Origin: Penicillus capitatus
Lineage: Eukaryota > Plantae > Chlorophyta
Length of the DNA stretch: 64,000 bases
Direction: 5' to 3'
Assembly (NCBI GenBank): GCA_965649825.1
Contig: OZ287701.1
Span: 1,043,101-1,107,100, forward strand
Shown: positions 25,000 to 37,735 of the stretch, piece by piece
How the letters are laid out: every line of letters starts with the position of its first letter
Position numbering within the stretch: the first letter of the stretch is position 1
The notes under the pieces: generated by a model
Database searches by the model: none
The model's input: the letters and a program-made list of their open reading frames with translations, nothing else
What the model was told of the DNA's origin: nothing
Made by a program: the position numbers and the translations under genes

Positions 25000-27900
25000 C
25001 AAACCGTGATTATCCGAGATCCTTCAGTATGCTAATCTCACACCGTCAACCAGGACCTTCATCTAGGATCCTCGCCGGCATCGACCCGCGTATTCACTCA
25101 GTGTTCTGGTTCTCGATATCTTCGAACTCTTCGTCAGCTGCAGAGTGGGTCTTCCGAAGTCCAATGAATCCGGCGTGCCGAAGATGGAATCCAATCCAAC
25201 AGCATCCTGCCGCGCCTGCGACAGACGGGCTCCAGTCCAAGGCACACAGCAATTCAGTGAAGCAGACTCCGAATCCAAGCAGCATCTCTGCTGATCGAGC
25301 AAGACATCTTCACTTCTCTTCCGTCTTCAATCCTCTGTACAGGCACATTGTTCCGAATAGGTCAGTGCTGCGTCGTGCTGCGCATACAGGAATCGTGAAG
25401 CAGTTTGATGAGAAGACGACGACCCTTCGCCTCCACGACGACCTCGCGTCCTCCTTCAGCTCCTCGGCGGGAGCATCATTCGAATAATGGGCGAATGTGG
25501 AAGAAGTATCGTATGGCTTCCGTATCTGCGAATCCTCGGTCACAGATGAAAGCCGTCGTCAATCTCAGGTGGCCTTTTGCTAGTCTACGAGCTCTCCATG
25601 TCGGCAGGGTGCCGTTATGAAGGCCAGAGACGTCGATAGATTCTTCTCGTCCTTCGAACGAATCACCACCCGGCCACTGAAGTTCACTCCTTTGGACGCA
25701 TTTGTGCGGTCGATGCACGCGATCCCGCTTTCTGCTGTGCACTTAGTCATTGCAGAGATGTGTGGAGATTCGAGCGACACGGAGAGATCTGCAAGGCGCA
25801 CGTGATGTGCAAGACAGGGCACTGCAGCATTATCGCACTGCTGTTCTTGTTCGGACGTTTTAAGATTCTGTCGAGGAAGTCTCTGACAGAATCTCCGATT
25901 GCCTAGACAGAAGAGCAATCTGATGTCTCACTGTCTTCGGAAAAACCGCCAAGTCGCTCTCCGTAAGTCAAACCATCACTGTTCCGTCGACGTTTTCTGT
26001 CTCTAGAGAAACAGCGTCTGTCCCAATGTCCTGTGATCTGTCTTCGCTGGCAGACTAGAGTGGCGACAGTGGTGGCGATGTGGGATGTGCAGAAATGGGC
26101 TCACATATACGATGTTGTTCGTTACGGTAAGACAGAAATGGTCTTGGGAATTCCTTCTGGCGATGTCTTTTGTCTCTATCTCGCTGTAAACACCCGCGAA
26201 GGTTGATGGAAGCCACACACAAACCGCCGCCGCAGGTTCCGGCCGAGTTCTAGGTTACGTTAACACCACGCAACCTTATATGACGACAGGCACGATTTGG
26301 GGGCACTGTAGAAAGACAACGAGATTCCAGCAAGTACACTCAGACTCTCTGGCTGTCTTCGAGGTAGATACTGTCCAGTGAACTCTGTCAGTAAACGTCA
26401 TGTCCACAAGAACAGTTTCTCCAACGAGCGGCACGTCTATCGAGATCTTGATCTCATTCGGATCTGTTCACACAATCCACGTCTGCTATTCTTCAATGCA
26501 AGTAAGAGGCCACCTCCCTTTCGCTGGCGGCGATCCTCGATGTGCACCAGGTAGCCATCGCTTCGCCTTCTCATGTCCAGGCACTCACGAACGAGAGGAT
26601 CGTCGTCCTGTTTCGATCTTCCAGACTGAGTGCTCGGTTGTGCTTCAGCTCCCAACACTTGATCTGAAAAGTCCAGAAGAATGCTGCAAGAGACGCGATA
26701 GTATGGCACGTACAAGAATGGATTAAGACAACTCGCGTTCGGAGCTGCTATGGACAGCACCACCGACAAGAACCGTGCGTGTTGTCTGCATAGCGGAAAC
26801 AAAATTCCAAGGTCTCCTGGATATCGTGCAACAGCGGCTTTCGATTCCTCCACCGTTCCTGAAGGACACCGCGCCTCCAATGGGCGCGATGGTACGTTGA
26901 AAGCAGATGCTACAATTCCATCCGGCGGACAGAACTCTTTTGAAGGACATGGCACCGCCGGTACTCGATGCCAAATTCTCGGCTAAACTGATTCCAGAAG
27001 AGTCGAGAACCCGCAGGCTACCTGTCATACAGCAGATGTATGTTGTACGATGTCAGCATACACAACAGACACATCTCACCACATTGAAGACAGGCGATCG
27101 CGCCTGCCGTCATGAGAGCGATGTTGGATCAAAAATGGACAATGTTTGGAGAGATCTCGGATGTCTCAAAGTGGCTCCCTTTTTCGAGTGCCAGCAACCA
27201 CTAATGCGAGAACGATTGATTTGGAAGAGGATATTCTCTATGGTCACACGTGCTCTTCGAAACGCCCCTGCTCCGCCGATGTTCTCTCTACATTTGTCAA
27301 CAAATTGACTGTCGCTGAAACCACGAGGCTCTCTTCCGCCGAAATGCACCACTCGTTCGCGCTTGGTCGTAACGCAGGGAACCACTGTTGAGCTTCACTC
27401 TCTGGCTGGTCGAGAGTATGCCCCTCCCTTTTCGCCAGCTCTGTTGTCCGTGAATCGGCAATCATTCAAGGTCACTCCTCCGATGTTGTAGAGAGCACCT
27501 CCGTCTCCATCAGCGCTGTTGTTTGCAAAGAGGCAATGTTCGAACAAGCAATCGATCACTTGGATTGCGCCTACCCTCTCCGTGGCCTTGTTGTTTACCG
27601 TACTGCAGTTCATGAAGACCGCCCTGTTGTAGGCATAAAAAGACTCTCGCCCTGTTGTTCGCAAGGTGACAGTTGCTGAAAGTGACGTCTTCCTTCACTT
27701 TTCCTGCTCCGTTCTCGGCCGTCGATCGCGTTACTCTCCAGCTGACAATCGCCGAGATTAGTGAGCCCCTTCACGAAAATGCCTCCTTCTTCGTGGTCTG
27801 CGCGATTCTCAGCAACGCAGCAGTATCTGAAGGTCACGTTCCCTTCCACTATGACAACTCGATCCCATTCGGCGGGGTTCTTCGTGATGCTGCCGTCTAC

Positions 27901-28640
27901 GAAGATCGTCTTTCCTTCCACATGAACAGTCAGTGCCTTTTTGCCAGGCAATGTTGTCGCCGATGCCGCAGTCAAGGAACGCCACGTGTTCGTTGACGAA
28001 GGCACCGCCGTTATCCATTGCAGCCTTGTTCTTCCTGACACTGCAGTCTTAGAGGATAGCGGTCCCACTGACAAAAAACGCACCGCCCATGAACCCAACG
28101 ACGACGTCCTTCAGCGCAATTCCCGGGAAGAATGTCGATACGGAGCATCCGGTACTTAACCAGCGGAGCCCGACAGACGAACAAACTCCGGAGCGATCAT
28201 CCAAACTTGTTGTCTTCTCCATTCGAGGATGCATATAGAAAACCCTAAACACCGACAGGAAGGAAATGTTATCAATCAAGCATCACAGATAATGCGAATA
28301 TGAGTACCGTCCACGATTGTATGTACAGTTTTAATCTGTGTGTCCAAGACAGCTCTTCGTCAAAATGGGGCCATACTACACAACAGGTTTCGACGTTGCC
28401 CAGGTGAACCGTTAGCTCTTCGCAGAATGCATAAAGCGGCAGAGATAGATGTCGATCATAGGGATCCTTGTACGATCTACCTGAGTGTCAGGCGATATCC
28501 TTCTATAACGAACGCTCTCCTCGAGTAGACACAATAGACCTGTGGATCTCAACAGATTCGGACAGAGACGGACTGAGGAAGTGCAAGACGAGAACGGGAA
28601 TGTATAGCAACAGCAGCTCGATTTCCATGACTTCAGTAAC
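25000..28640 (-). pseudogene. Decayed secreted/surface gene with Pmp-like beta-helix repeats (different subfamily); 25831-28374 is absent from copy 2
   Basis: Signal-like MEIELLLLYIPVLVLHFLSPSLS near 28630. Fragments FANNSADGDGGALY, FTDNRAGEKGGAY, DNGGAFV and ENLASSTGGAMSF lie in several frames with stops and frameshifts. Boundaries are approximate. Confidence 0.55.
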
Positions 28641-29299
28641 GCTCAAACTCCTTCCAACGCTCAGGTCGCTGCAAAAGTGAGATCTATAAGTCCATCTCCA
28701 CGAGGTGCTTGAATGGCAAAACTGTTCAGAAATGACATGGCCCATTTTTCTTCCTTGTCACGGATAGAAGGATATTGAAAATTCTTTCTACGTTTTCATC
28801 TGCAAGAAGACTGGGAGTGATGCGCTATCTCCGACACTCCCAGTCCATGCAATGTACAGTTTGATCTTCTTCGTTCTAACGCATTTCTAGCATTTCCATC
28901 CAGGATATTTTTCCACGACTCCATGCCCTTCTGTTTGTTATTTTATGCAAGGAAAAGAACGCCGCTTATTCACATAGATTCTAAAAATCCCAAAGATCTG
29001 TGAAAGAATCATGAACTTCTTTTAGAGATCAGCCTCAAAGACACACATGGTCGCTACCACGGCAAATAGATTCCACGATATCAAACTTCGTCGAAACACT
29101 CGTGAGGTTGTAACGTCGAACACGGTGAACAGCTTGATACAAGAAGAAAAAGCGGAATGTCCTCTCTCTGCAAAGAACAGCAGCAGTCTGCGGATGAGAA
29201 CCATTCATAAGAGCTCGCCAATCAGCAAGACTGCCATCTCTAGTCTGCAAAAAGACATGGCCATTGATCGCATCGGCAAAAAGGTAAGCATATCCACTC

Positions 29300-31398
29300 T
29301 CAGAAGATCTTGGCAATCAGTCCTGTGCATTGCTCTAGGCAGATCGGGCATCGACGGCGCATTTGATGGTAAATCTTACGAGCACATTCCTCACAAGCAC
29401 AGATATGCGCCCTAGATGCACAACCCTGATGCCGAATGAAGACAACAGGCAAAAACTGACGTCTCTCCGTGATAGAAACCAGATGTCTGTGGTTTATCTC
29501 TGCACACGACACAGACGGCACCTCGATGAACAAACTGAACACACGCCTAAGTACAACAGTACTGGACGGATGGACATCGCACGCACATTGTCGTCAGTCT
29601 GCGGTGTTCTGAGTGACGGTCGGTGAGCAGGAGGATTGAGGCGCAGTCGTTCAAGCTCCCGACACATCCCGTCAGCACTGACATCTCCGCGATCCAACGG
29701 CCGCACGACGATGGTGCTTCCGGAAACCAGTCCAAACTGTTCACATCCATCTGTCAAATGCCTGTCGATAAGAGACACGGATGTACTTCTGCCACTGTCG
29801 AATTGACAGACAATATCTCCCTTGACGAAGTCTCGGAATCCACGACAAAGAAGGCATAGCCCCGATCTTCCAATTCTTCGCGAAGTTCGTCGACATGAAT
29901 GACACAGAACGAAAAGAGTCGGTCGTCTTCGCCCGCCGAGGCGCTTCCCAGATGTTCCAGCTGATCGAGTCGGGGATCCAGCAGCAAGAAAAAGAGGAGA
30001 ACCGAAGTGCGACGTTGCCCCGACGGCATGTCACCCTCACCGGATTGCAGGTAGAACGTCATGGCACTGTCATCCGGTGCACTGTCTTGGCGACAGAGCT
30101 CACAAAGACGGAAATCGAACTCCTTCAAGTCATCCACATGTACAGCCTTGGGGAGGAAGCCACGTCCGTGAGAACAACGAAACCACATCGTCGATTGCGT
30201 CGGATCCCATCGCGTATCCCTCTCGATCTACATCTGATCATCTCACTGAACATAGAGTGCGATTTCACTGCACCATCTCTTTGATCTTCTTCAACGGCCA
30301 GTGCGGTGGAGAGAGGGCCACTTGGCTTTTCGGTGCATCGAAGATACTGATGGATGCTTTCCCTGCCACGTGTCTCTCGATGTCTTCGTCTGTGAGCACT
30401 TCGATGGCGATCCTCTGTCTATCCACCGAATAGTAATCCACCGTCAGTCTCGTTGATGGCTGCCTGATCGACAGCAGCCGCAGTCCGATGGTCAGACGGC
30501 CGCCGCGGTGATGGGGATCCTCCAAAGCCTTGTAGAATTTGCGGGGCGGAGTAAACAGAAACATAGCTGATCGGTCTCCCATCACTTGCTTGCCTGCAGG
30601 CACAACAACAGATCGACAGAGACTTCCCGGTCACACAGCGCTGTCTTCCGTAATGTTTTTTTTTTCTCCCCCTCGACGATTCAGAGATCGAACAGATACT
30701 CACTTTGCACGCAGCTCGCATTGGGTAGGGATTGAGCGATGAGGAGTGCCTGACATTCCATGTGAACAGGATTCGTGACAGACAGATCCGTGACGGTGAT
30801 CGCGAAGTGAGTGCCAAAGAAGGCACGCAGGTGAACACCCCTAGACAATAACAATCAGACCGCCGCATGAAGGGAGAGATCTCAGCACCATTCTTTTCGA
30901 TGCAAGACGAATCGCTCTGTCCTCACGAACTCGTCCAGCGCTACTGGCATCACGTTCCACTGCGGAGAATCGAGAAACCAATAAGTATCCGAGTCGTGCA
31001 GTGCCAAATCGCACCACGCAGCATGCCTCCGCTTCGCCCTCGTAGACATTGAATGCCTCTTGATGTGACGTGTACACTTGCAGCTGAAACTCGATCTCGA
31101 TGTATCTGCTGTCGTTCAGGTGACCCACAGGTACAGTGTCCCCATAGCGGCCGTTGTACTCAAGAGCACGTGGTCGACCTGCGGGAATCGATGACGGTAA
31201 GGAGAGCCCTTCTGGGGGAGGTGCAAAACCAGGAAGGTGCACGGGAGAGACGATCATCCAGCAGCATTGACGCGAGTCTCCGCTGCCGACAGGACTGCGC
31301 AAGCGCCAGACCGCATGTATGCGTCCGTCTGTCCGGGCCGTTAAACAGGCCGTCCTTCAAAGCATGTCACATCATTCAATGTGTGACATGTCTATGTC
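29300..31398 (-). pseudogene. 5'-truncated copy of the MDM2-type RING gene
   Basis: Spliced C-terminus CVVCRDKPQTSGFYHGETAHICACEECARKIYHQMRRRCPICLEQCTGLIAKIF*. Homology with the complete copy stops at 31398, where LINE-side sequence begins. Confidence 0.75.
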
Positions 31399-31493
31399 AC
31401 AATATATCATCGATTGCATCAATCGCGTTTCCTTTTTCAAAAAGCGCGGTTGACGCATATCTCTCAGCACTCACGTACCACTTCTAAAACTCA

Positions 31494-32045
31494 ATGTCAG
31501 CAAAGCCCCCCGACCAAACCCGACCTGGCGAAGACTCCCTCGGTCGATTTGCGAACAACGCCGACCACTCGTCGCAGTATCGAGTATACCTCCGAGCACG
31601 CCTTCACTATCTGCCCTTTCTCAGCAACGTCGCGCTAGCCAATGTCCTGGAAAAGACCTGCCAGATTGATCCGAGCACTCTTTCCCGTGGTGCACAAGAA
31701 GAATCCGTCCGCGCCTACGCTAATGAGACACACCTACGCTTAATTGACGAAGATTGGCAATTACGCCTGAGTCGAGCGCAATCAGACCAAGAGAAGGCAG
31801 TGATTCTACACGAAACAACTTCCGCTCCGCCGTTCCAAAACGAAGAAGTTCTAAAACGCAAAACGCCAGTAGAATGGGGTGACGAGACGCTAGAATCCTT
31901 GGTTACGCACCCGACACGCAGGCAGCCCTCAATGTTGCGCCCGGCGACGCCACCAGTCTGTGAACGTCGACCCGAGGGCCGAGTCCGGACCGGATGGCGA
32001 GCCGCGCAGGGAAACTCTGTCGGCAATGGCTATTTACATAGCTAG
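31494..32045 (+). CDS. 183-aa ORF of unknown function at the 5' end of the LINE
   Basis: ATG-initiated open frame upstream of ORF1; no recognisable motif. Confidence 0.4.
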   Translation: MSAKPPDQTRPGEDSLGRFANNADHSSQYRVYLRARLHYLPFLSNVALANVLEKTCQIDPSTLSRGAQEESVRAYANETHLRLIDEDWQLRLSRAQSDQEKAVILHETTSAPPFQNEEVLKRKTPVEWGDETLESLVTHPTRRQPSMLRPATPPVCERRPEGRVRTGWRAAQGNSVGNGYLHS

Positions 32046-32234
32046 ACAGATACAGCACGGTAGCTCCGTTTAAATACCCCGGATTAGGAGGGTCACATCA
32101 TTACGTAAGGCATATCGTCACACCTCTGTCACACGTCTCGTCCTGCGCTCCAATGATGTTCTGCTAGCGTGGCGCCACAGGGACGGTTGGCGCGCCAGCA
32201 GCGACTCCTCGACAGATGACTCGAGGCAGAACCA

Positions 32235-33574
32235 GTGACCCTTCACACAGTCACGAAGACTGACCTTCCAGTGAAAGGCTTTCCCGCGGTCCTTCAACAA
32301 ATCAGTAACGAGCTGGAAAAAGACGACACGCTAAAGACTCAATTAGTGGGTCTCCTTCAGAACCTATTATCCGGAGTCCAACCACCGAAAAAACTGTTGC
32401 AGGAAACCTTGAACGTGCTCACCTCATCGAAGAACAGTATGAATGGTCTTAAACTGGGGCTCGATCTTAGTATCGAGACCATGAAAGCACACGGCACTCC
32501 AAGCGTCCAGAGTTCTCTACCTCCGAGAGCACGCGAAAACCCCAGACCATCTTACGCCAGTATTGCAAGAGCACATGTTCCCGAACCAGTTCGAGCTCCT
32601 CCTCGACGACCGACTGCGAGAAATGAACTGGCTGCCATGCGTCATGCAATCAGAGACGACGCCAGATCAGTGAAACTGCGATCAGTTAAAGCGGACGGCG
32701 CCCGTCCACCTGGAATAATTGCCAACGCAATCGCGAAGCTTATAGATGTCAGCATACCCACGAATAAGATAGTGGAGGATGTGCGATGCGATTCGCGAGG
32801 TACCACATATGTCCAACTATTCACAGAGGGTTTTGAGACAAGACTGAAGGCACTGCTTAATAAAACCGACTCAAACCAGGTAATCGACCTTGGTGACGCA
32901 GGGTACTATACTATGAGCGAACCTACTAAATGCGAAGTAGCGGGTATGGCTCCTATTGTCCTATCAGGAGTCAAGTCGTCGCACAGCCCAGCCCAGCCCA
33001 GATAGCAACAGAAATCTGGGAAATGAACGCGACGAGATGGGGCCTTAGCAACGAACGGTGCGCACAGCACATCGCTGGTATCTCCCGCCTATATCGTCGA
33101 GTCAGACCACGAGACGGAGAAGACAAATCACCTAATCCAACCTGGGTACCTTCAAAGAGCATCAAAATGTTTGTTTCTAGAGACCTCCTTCGAGCCATGG
33201 CCACCCCCGAAGAAAGATACCTGATTCGCTACGAGTATGAATTCCTAGAGGGCCGCCCGTTCAACAAACCACTTCGAGTCTGCGAAAACTGCGGTACCTT
33301 GGCGGAACACGACGCCAGAGCATGTCGCCGGCCTCCACGGTGCAACATTTGTCACGGAAACCACCGATCAGCTGACTGCAAGAGGAACATTCCCTTTGCC
33401 CCTCCTATGCCCTCTGGATCTGTTCGAGATACTCCCAGGAGCAAAGCTAGATCCCCCCTACTGACCAAGACCTCGGATGAGAGAAGAGAAGCCTTGGTAC
33501 ATGACACGCCCTCCGACTACGGCAGACATAACACAGATGATATGTGCATTGACTCGAAGCCCCAAGATGAATGA
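32235..33574 (+). pseudogene. LINE ORF1 (gag-like nucleic-acid-binding protein), frameshifted
   Basis: Two overlapping ORFs join into one frame (HSPAQIATEIW) if one 5-nt unit is removed from the (CCCAG) tandem near 32985-33001. Two CCHC knuckles follow. Confidence 0.8.
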
Positions 33575-36500
33575 GTTTCAGACCGACACGAGCCATTGTC
33601 CAGTCCCCTCAGATTTACACCCTCTCTACTCTTCCATCAGTAACCTCTCTCTGCACGAAGCTCGATCTCGATCAACTGTTAGCTCCAACTCTACGCTTAC
33701 CCTTGATTCACTTTTGATACTACAACAAAATGTCAGAGCAAATAAACTGCTTACAGAACTGACCTTACTCAAACATTCTCCGGATCTTTTCCTTATTTCA
33801 GACCCTCCTAAATGTATTAGAGAAGGCTGGTGCCCCCAGGCTTTCGATGCGTCTTGCCTCACGGCCACTGTGGGACCGGCCACTGTTGTATCGTTATCAA
33901 AGATTACATAGCTTATAACGAAGTTTTCACTTCCAGTAACAGAGTTTGCGCACTAACCATTAAAGTTAACTCTCGTTCCATTGGTTTTGTTTGCTGCTAT
34001 ATTTAGCACACAAGTGCTGCAGGTCTTCAGCACGTTAAAGACACTCACCTTTCTCTTGAGTCCCAAGGAGTATCCTCGGTTATTGGCGGAGACTTTAACT
34101 CCCATAGCAGCTTATGGGGCCCGATCTCAACACCTACGTGCAATTCTGGACGACAAGTAGAGAATTGGCTCGAACCCTCGACACTCAGCCTCCACAATCA
34201 TTACCCCTGCATCGAAACATTCCGCAACTCAAGAAATGAACGAAGCTGGATAGATCTCACATGCACATCGGATAGAATTGCCAACTGGATCCAAAACTGG
34301 ATAGTGACCCGTTGCGATGAAGACCTCTCCGATCACAACCTGATCAGCTTCAGAATAGTCACAGAGGAAAACGTTAAACTCTCCGATCGCATTCAAGACT
34401 GGAGAAACTGCAACTGGGACTCCCTCAGTCTTTATCTGGAGAGAGACCTTAAAAATGAAGGATGGCTCGACTTCGAATGGGACAAGATAACCACGGGCGA
34501 AGAATTGGATACCCGTATCTTGGAACTCGAAGATGCAATCAGACGTTCAACCAGAAAACTAATCCCCATGAGAAGGAAGACTTCGATGAGGAAACACTGG
34601 TGGAATCCGGAACTTACTCGTTTGCACAGAGACCTCAAAAGAAAACAACGAAGACTCTGGAAACTCACATCAAAAGGCCGCCCTCCAGATGTCCTCAAAT
34701 CAGCACGAATCGATAGAGATGAGGCGAAAAAGAATTTTCAAAAAGAGGCCAACGCTGCAAAAACCAAGTCTTGGAGAATTTTTCTCGAAAACACAGATAA
34801 AACGAACATGTGGTCCAATTTCAAGCGCATCACCAAGCAAAAGAAGAGAGTCGATCTGTCGTATGTCACGGACTTGGAAGACCAAGTCCGGTCTTCCCCC
34901 CTGGAGGTGGCCAATGCCCTGGCCGCGAAATTCATCCCGGACATTCCAGGAACTTGCTCCCCGGCTGAAGCCATGAATGATGACGATCCGATGGTCGCCT
35001 CAGACACACTTCTCACAGATCTGTCAACCGCATTAACGGATTTTCCTGAAGTCACTGAGAGTGAAATAGTCAGAGGTGTATTCGGCAACAAGCCTTATGG
35101 CGCTGTTGGAGTCGACAGAATCCCCAATCAACTCTACAGGACAGCATTTCCCTTCCTAAAAAGAATGCTATTGGGTATTGTGAACTGCGTACTGAGAACC
35201 TCACACCACTGTCATCATTGGAAAACTGCTGCCGTCGTCGCAGTACCCAAGACCACCCAACATCTTAACTCGGTAAAATCTCTCCGTCCGATCAGTCTGT
35301 TGTGTGCCTTAGGAAAAATAGTTGAAAAAATCATCACGGACCGTCTGGCACACTGGGCAGAATCTAACAAGGTCTTGTCTGACAAGCAGTTCGGTTTCAG
35401 GAAGCAAAAGTCTTGCGAGACTGCATTGGCCAACCTCATTGACAGAGCTGAATCATGCTTCGATCAAGGACAAGACATGCTAGTAGCCTCCCTGGACCTG
35501 TCATCAGCTTTTGACACTATTAATGGCTCCAAATTACTTTCGAGACTGAGGGACCTGGAAGTCCCGCCGTACCTGCTATCTTGGCTGCAGAACTATGTGA
35601 ACGATCGCCACTGTGTCATCAAGGTTGCTGACCAAGAGTTCAGCTACCCAGTTCTCTCGGCCTGCCCACAAGGCAGTCCACTGAGCCCTTTACTGTTCAA
35701 TCTTTACGTTAACCAAGTTCTGGAGCAGCACGAAACTCCCCCCTCTAATACTCCAAGACTCCCTCCCCTCGACGCTCATTCTTCGCAATCCGGCATACAG
35801 GCTTATGCTGATGATCTACTGGTGTGGACTACAGGTCCCCTGGACACAGAAAACCAGTCTAACCTCCAATCACATCTAGATAAAATCCACCTCTGGACCA
35901 AAGAAGCCGGTCTGATGCTAAACCCAACAAAGTGTGTCACCATCCGACTATCTCGAAAGCGGGGCGGAAGGCCTCCTCTCAAGATGTCGATCGACGGGAC
36001 GGAACTAGTAGAAAACTCAGTCATCAAGTACCTTGGACTCCAGATCGACAGGAAACTCCAATGGCGAGAACACGTCAAATTCGCAGTGCAAAAAGCTAAC
36101 AAACGACTGCTCACTCTCAGGAAGATTTCTGGCCATCGCTGGGGGATTGACTCGACGATCATGGCAAAGCTAGTAAAGATGGGAGTTCTCCCAACCCTTT
36201 ACTATGCTGCTCCAATCTGGGCCTCCGCTCGAGCCAATCCTCAAACCCTGCGATCACTGGAAGTGATTACAAGACAACTGGCTCTGATTGTGACAGGATG
36301 TCTAAAGACTACAGCCTACGCACCGTGCTATGCACTATCTGGACTATATGAACCAGATCTGGAAATCTCTCGCCGCTTAATAGTGTTTGGAAGACGCTCA
36401 CACTCAATCGAGCGATCCTGCATACAAAGAACCACAAGGTCACAATTTCGCCTCAACACCGAAGCAAAAAGAATCGCACGACAACAAGTAACCCCTGACA

Positions 36501-37735
36501 TTCTCCTCTCGCCCAGTCAAATCGCTTGGGGCATCGCACCTTACGAGTCGAACCTCTGTATTCGACCAGGTAATTCCAAACTTCCATCCTCCCCAAGCGA
36601 CGGCAAATTCTACTGCATCCTTAAGAAATTGCCAGACTCCCTCTGTTTCGCATGGTCCTGGCGCCATGCTTGTGTCTCACAGGAAGGTTCCTTTGCTCTA
36701 CCTCTTAGCCTTGAAGAAGATCAAGCTGAAGCGATCGGCATCCTACTATCGCTGCCTCGCATCTACGCACAAGAAGCCCAGGAATGCAGACATCGATCAC
36801 CTGACCGGACTCTACAACGCCTCATTCTGCACTCCAAGAACTCAGGACTTCGGAAATATCTGCTCAAGCTGCAAAACATCCCACATCTCGCTTACCTGCT
36901 GCAGCTATGGATTCGAAATATCCAACTCAATGGCATTAAAGTCAGCTGGCTTCGCCCGGATGAATTCTGCGATCTCAGTGCGTGGCGCCGCACCAAGATC
37001 ATTGCTAAGCAGTGCAACTCGCGCCTCCCGCCTCAAAGATGTGAAGACCCGTCCTCTAGCGAGGGCACTTTGAGTCTTGAGTACCTCTTATCGCTCGCTG
37101 GCCTGTGCAACAAGAAGATGAAGAAGATCATGAAAGACTACTCGAATGCCTACATGAATGCCACTCTCCTTGCCTCTGACGTCGGTCTTGCCACCACTGA
37201 CCTGATCAGGATCTGCCCCGACTTCAAGTTTACTGGAAACTCTTTCCCTGCCCGCGGACTTGATCGAACAACTGGCTCCGCCCTGAATCAATTCCTAACT
37301 GCCCACATGCCAGCAAACACGTATCTCGAAAGATTCCAACTGCCTTCCTTTCATAAGATCTGCTGCCACGACCACTGGAATGAACTGGATAACACGACCC
37401 ATGACTTCAGAGATCATATCCTCATGAAGTGCGACGACCAGCAAATCCAAGCGCTCCGTGTGGCGACCTTCCAAGGAGTCATTCCTCCGTACTCCAGATG
37501 TATTACATGGCCAACAGCAATGTCAAACATCAACTCTCTGGCAAATTTCGCAAAGGCCATCCTGAAGATTCCATGGTTTTACCGCCTCAAACAAAACAAC
37601 ACGACCTGGTCGGCTGAAACATCCCAATCTTGCCTCTCGCTTGATCCGAATGCCGCTTCTGCCAGTTGCATGGAGCATCCATCTACCTCACTGGGTAATA
37701 GATCGGCGATGAACTGGCTACTGAGCATAAGCTAA
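33570..37735 (+). pseudogene. LINE ORF2 (EN-RT-RNH-CCHC); EN part disrupted, 34304-37735 open
   Basis: Frame change near 33900 and an in-frame TAG at 34004-34006 in the endonuclease region. The RT, RNH-like segment (SDGKF...QAEAIGI...VSWL) and C-terminal C/H motif are intact in the 1143-aa ORF. Confidence 0.88.

Larger units (their letters stand above)
12733..31398. repeat. Segmental direct duplication, copy 1
   Basis: Colinear with 38007-53153. Both copies start AAGAAAATCTTGGCTACAGC and end TGTGACATGTCTATGTC. Confidence 0.95.
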
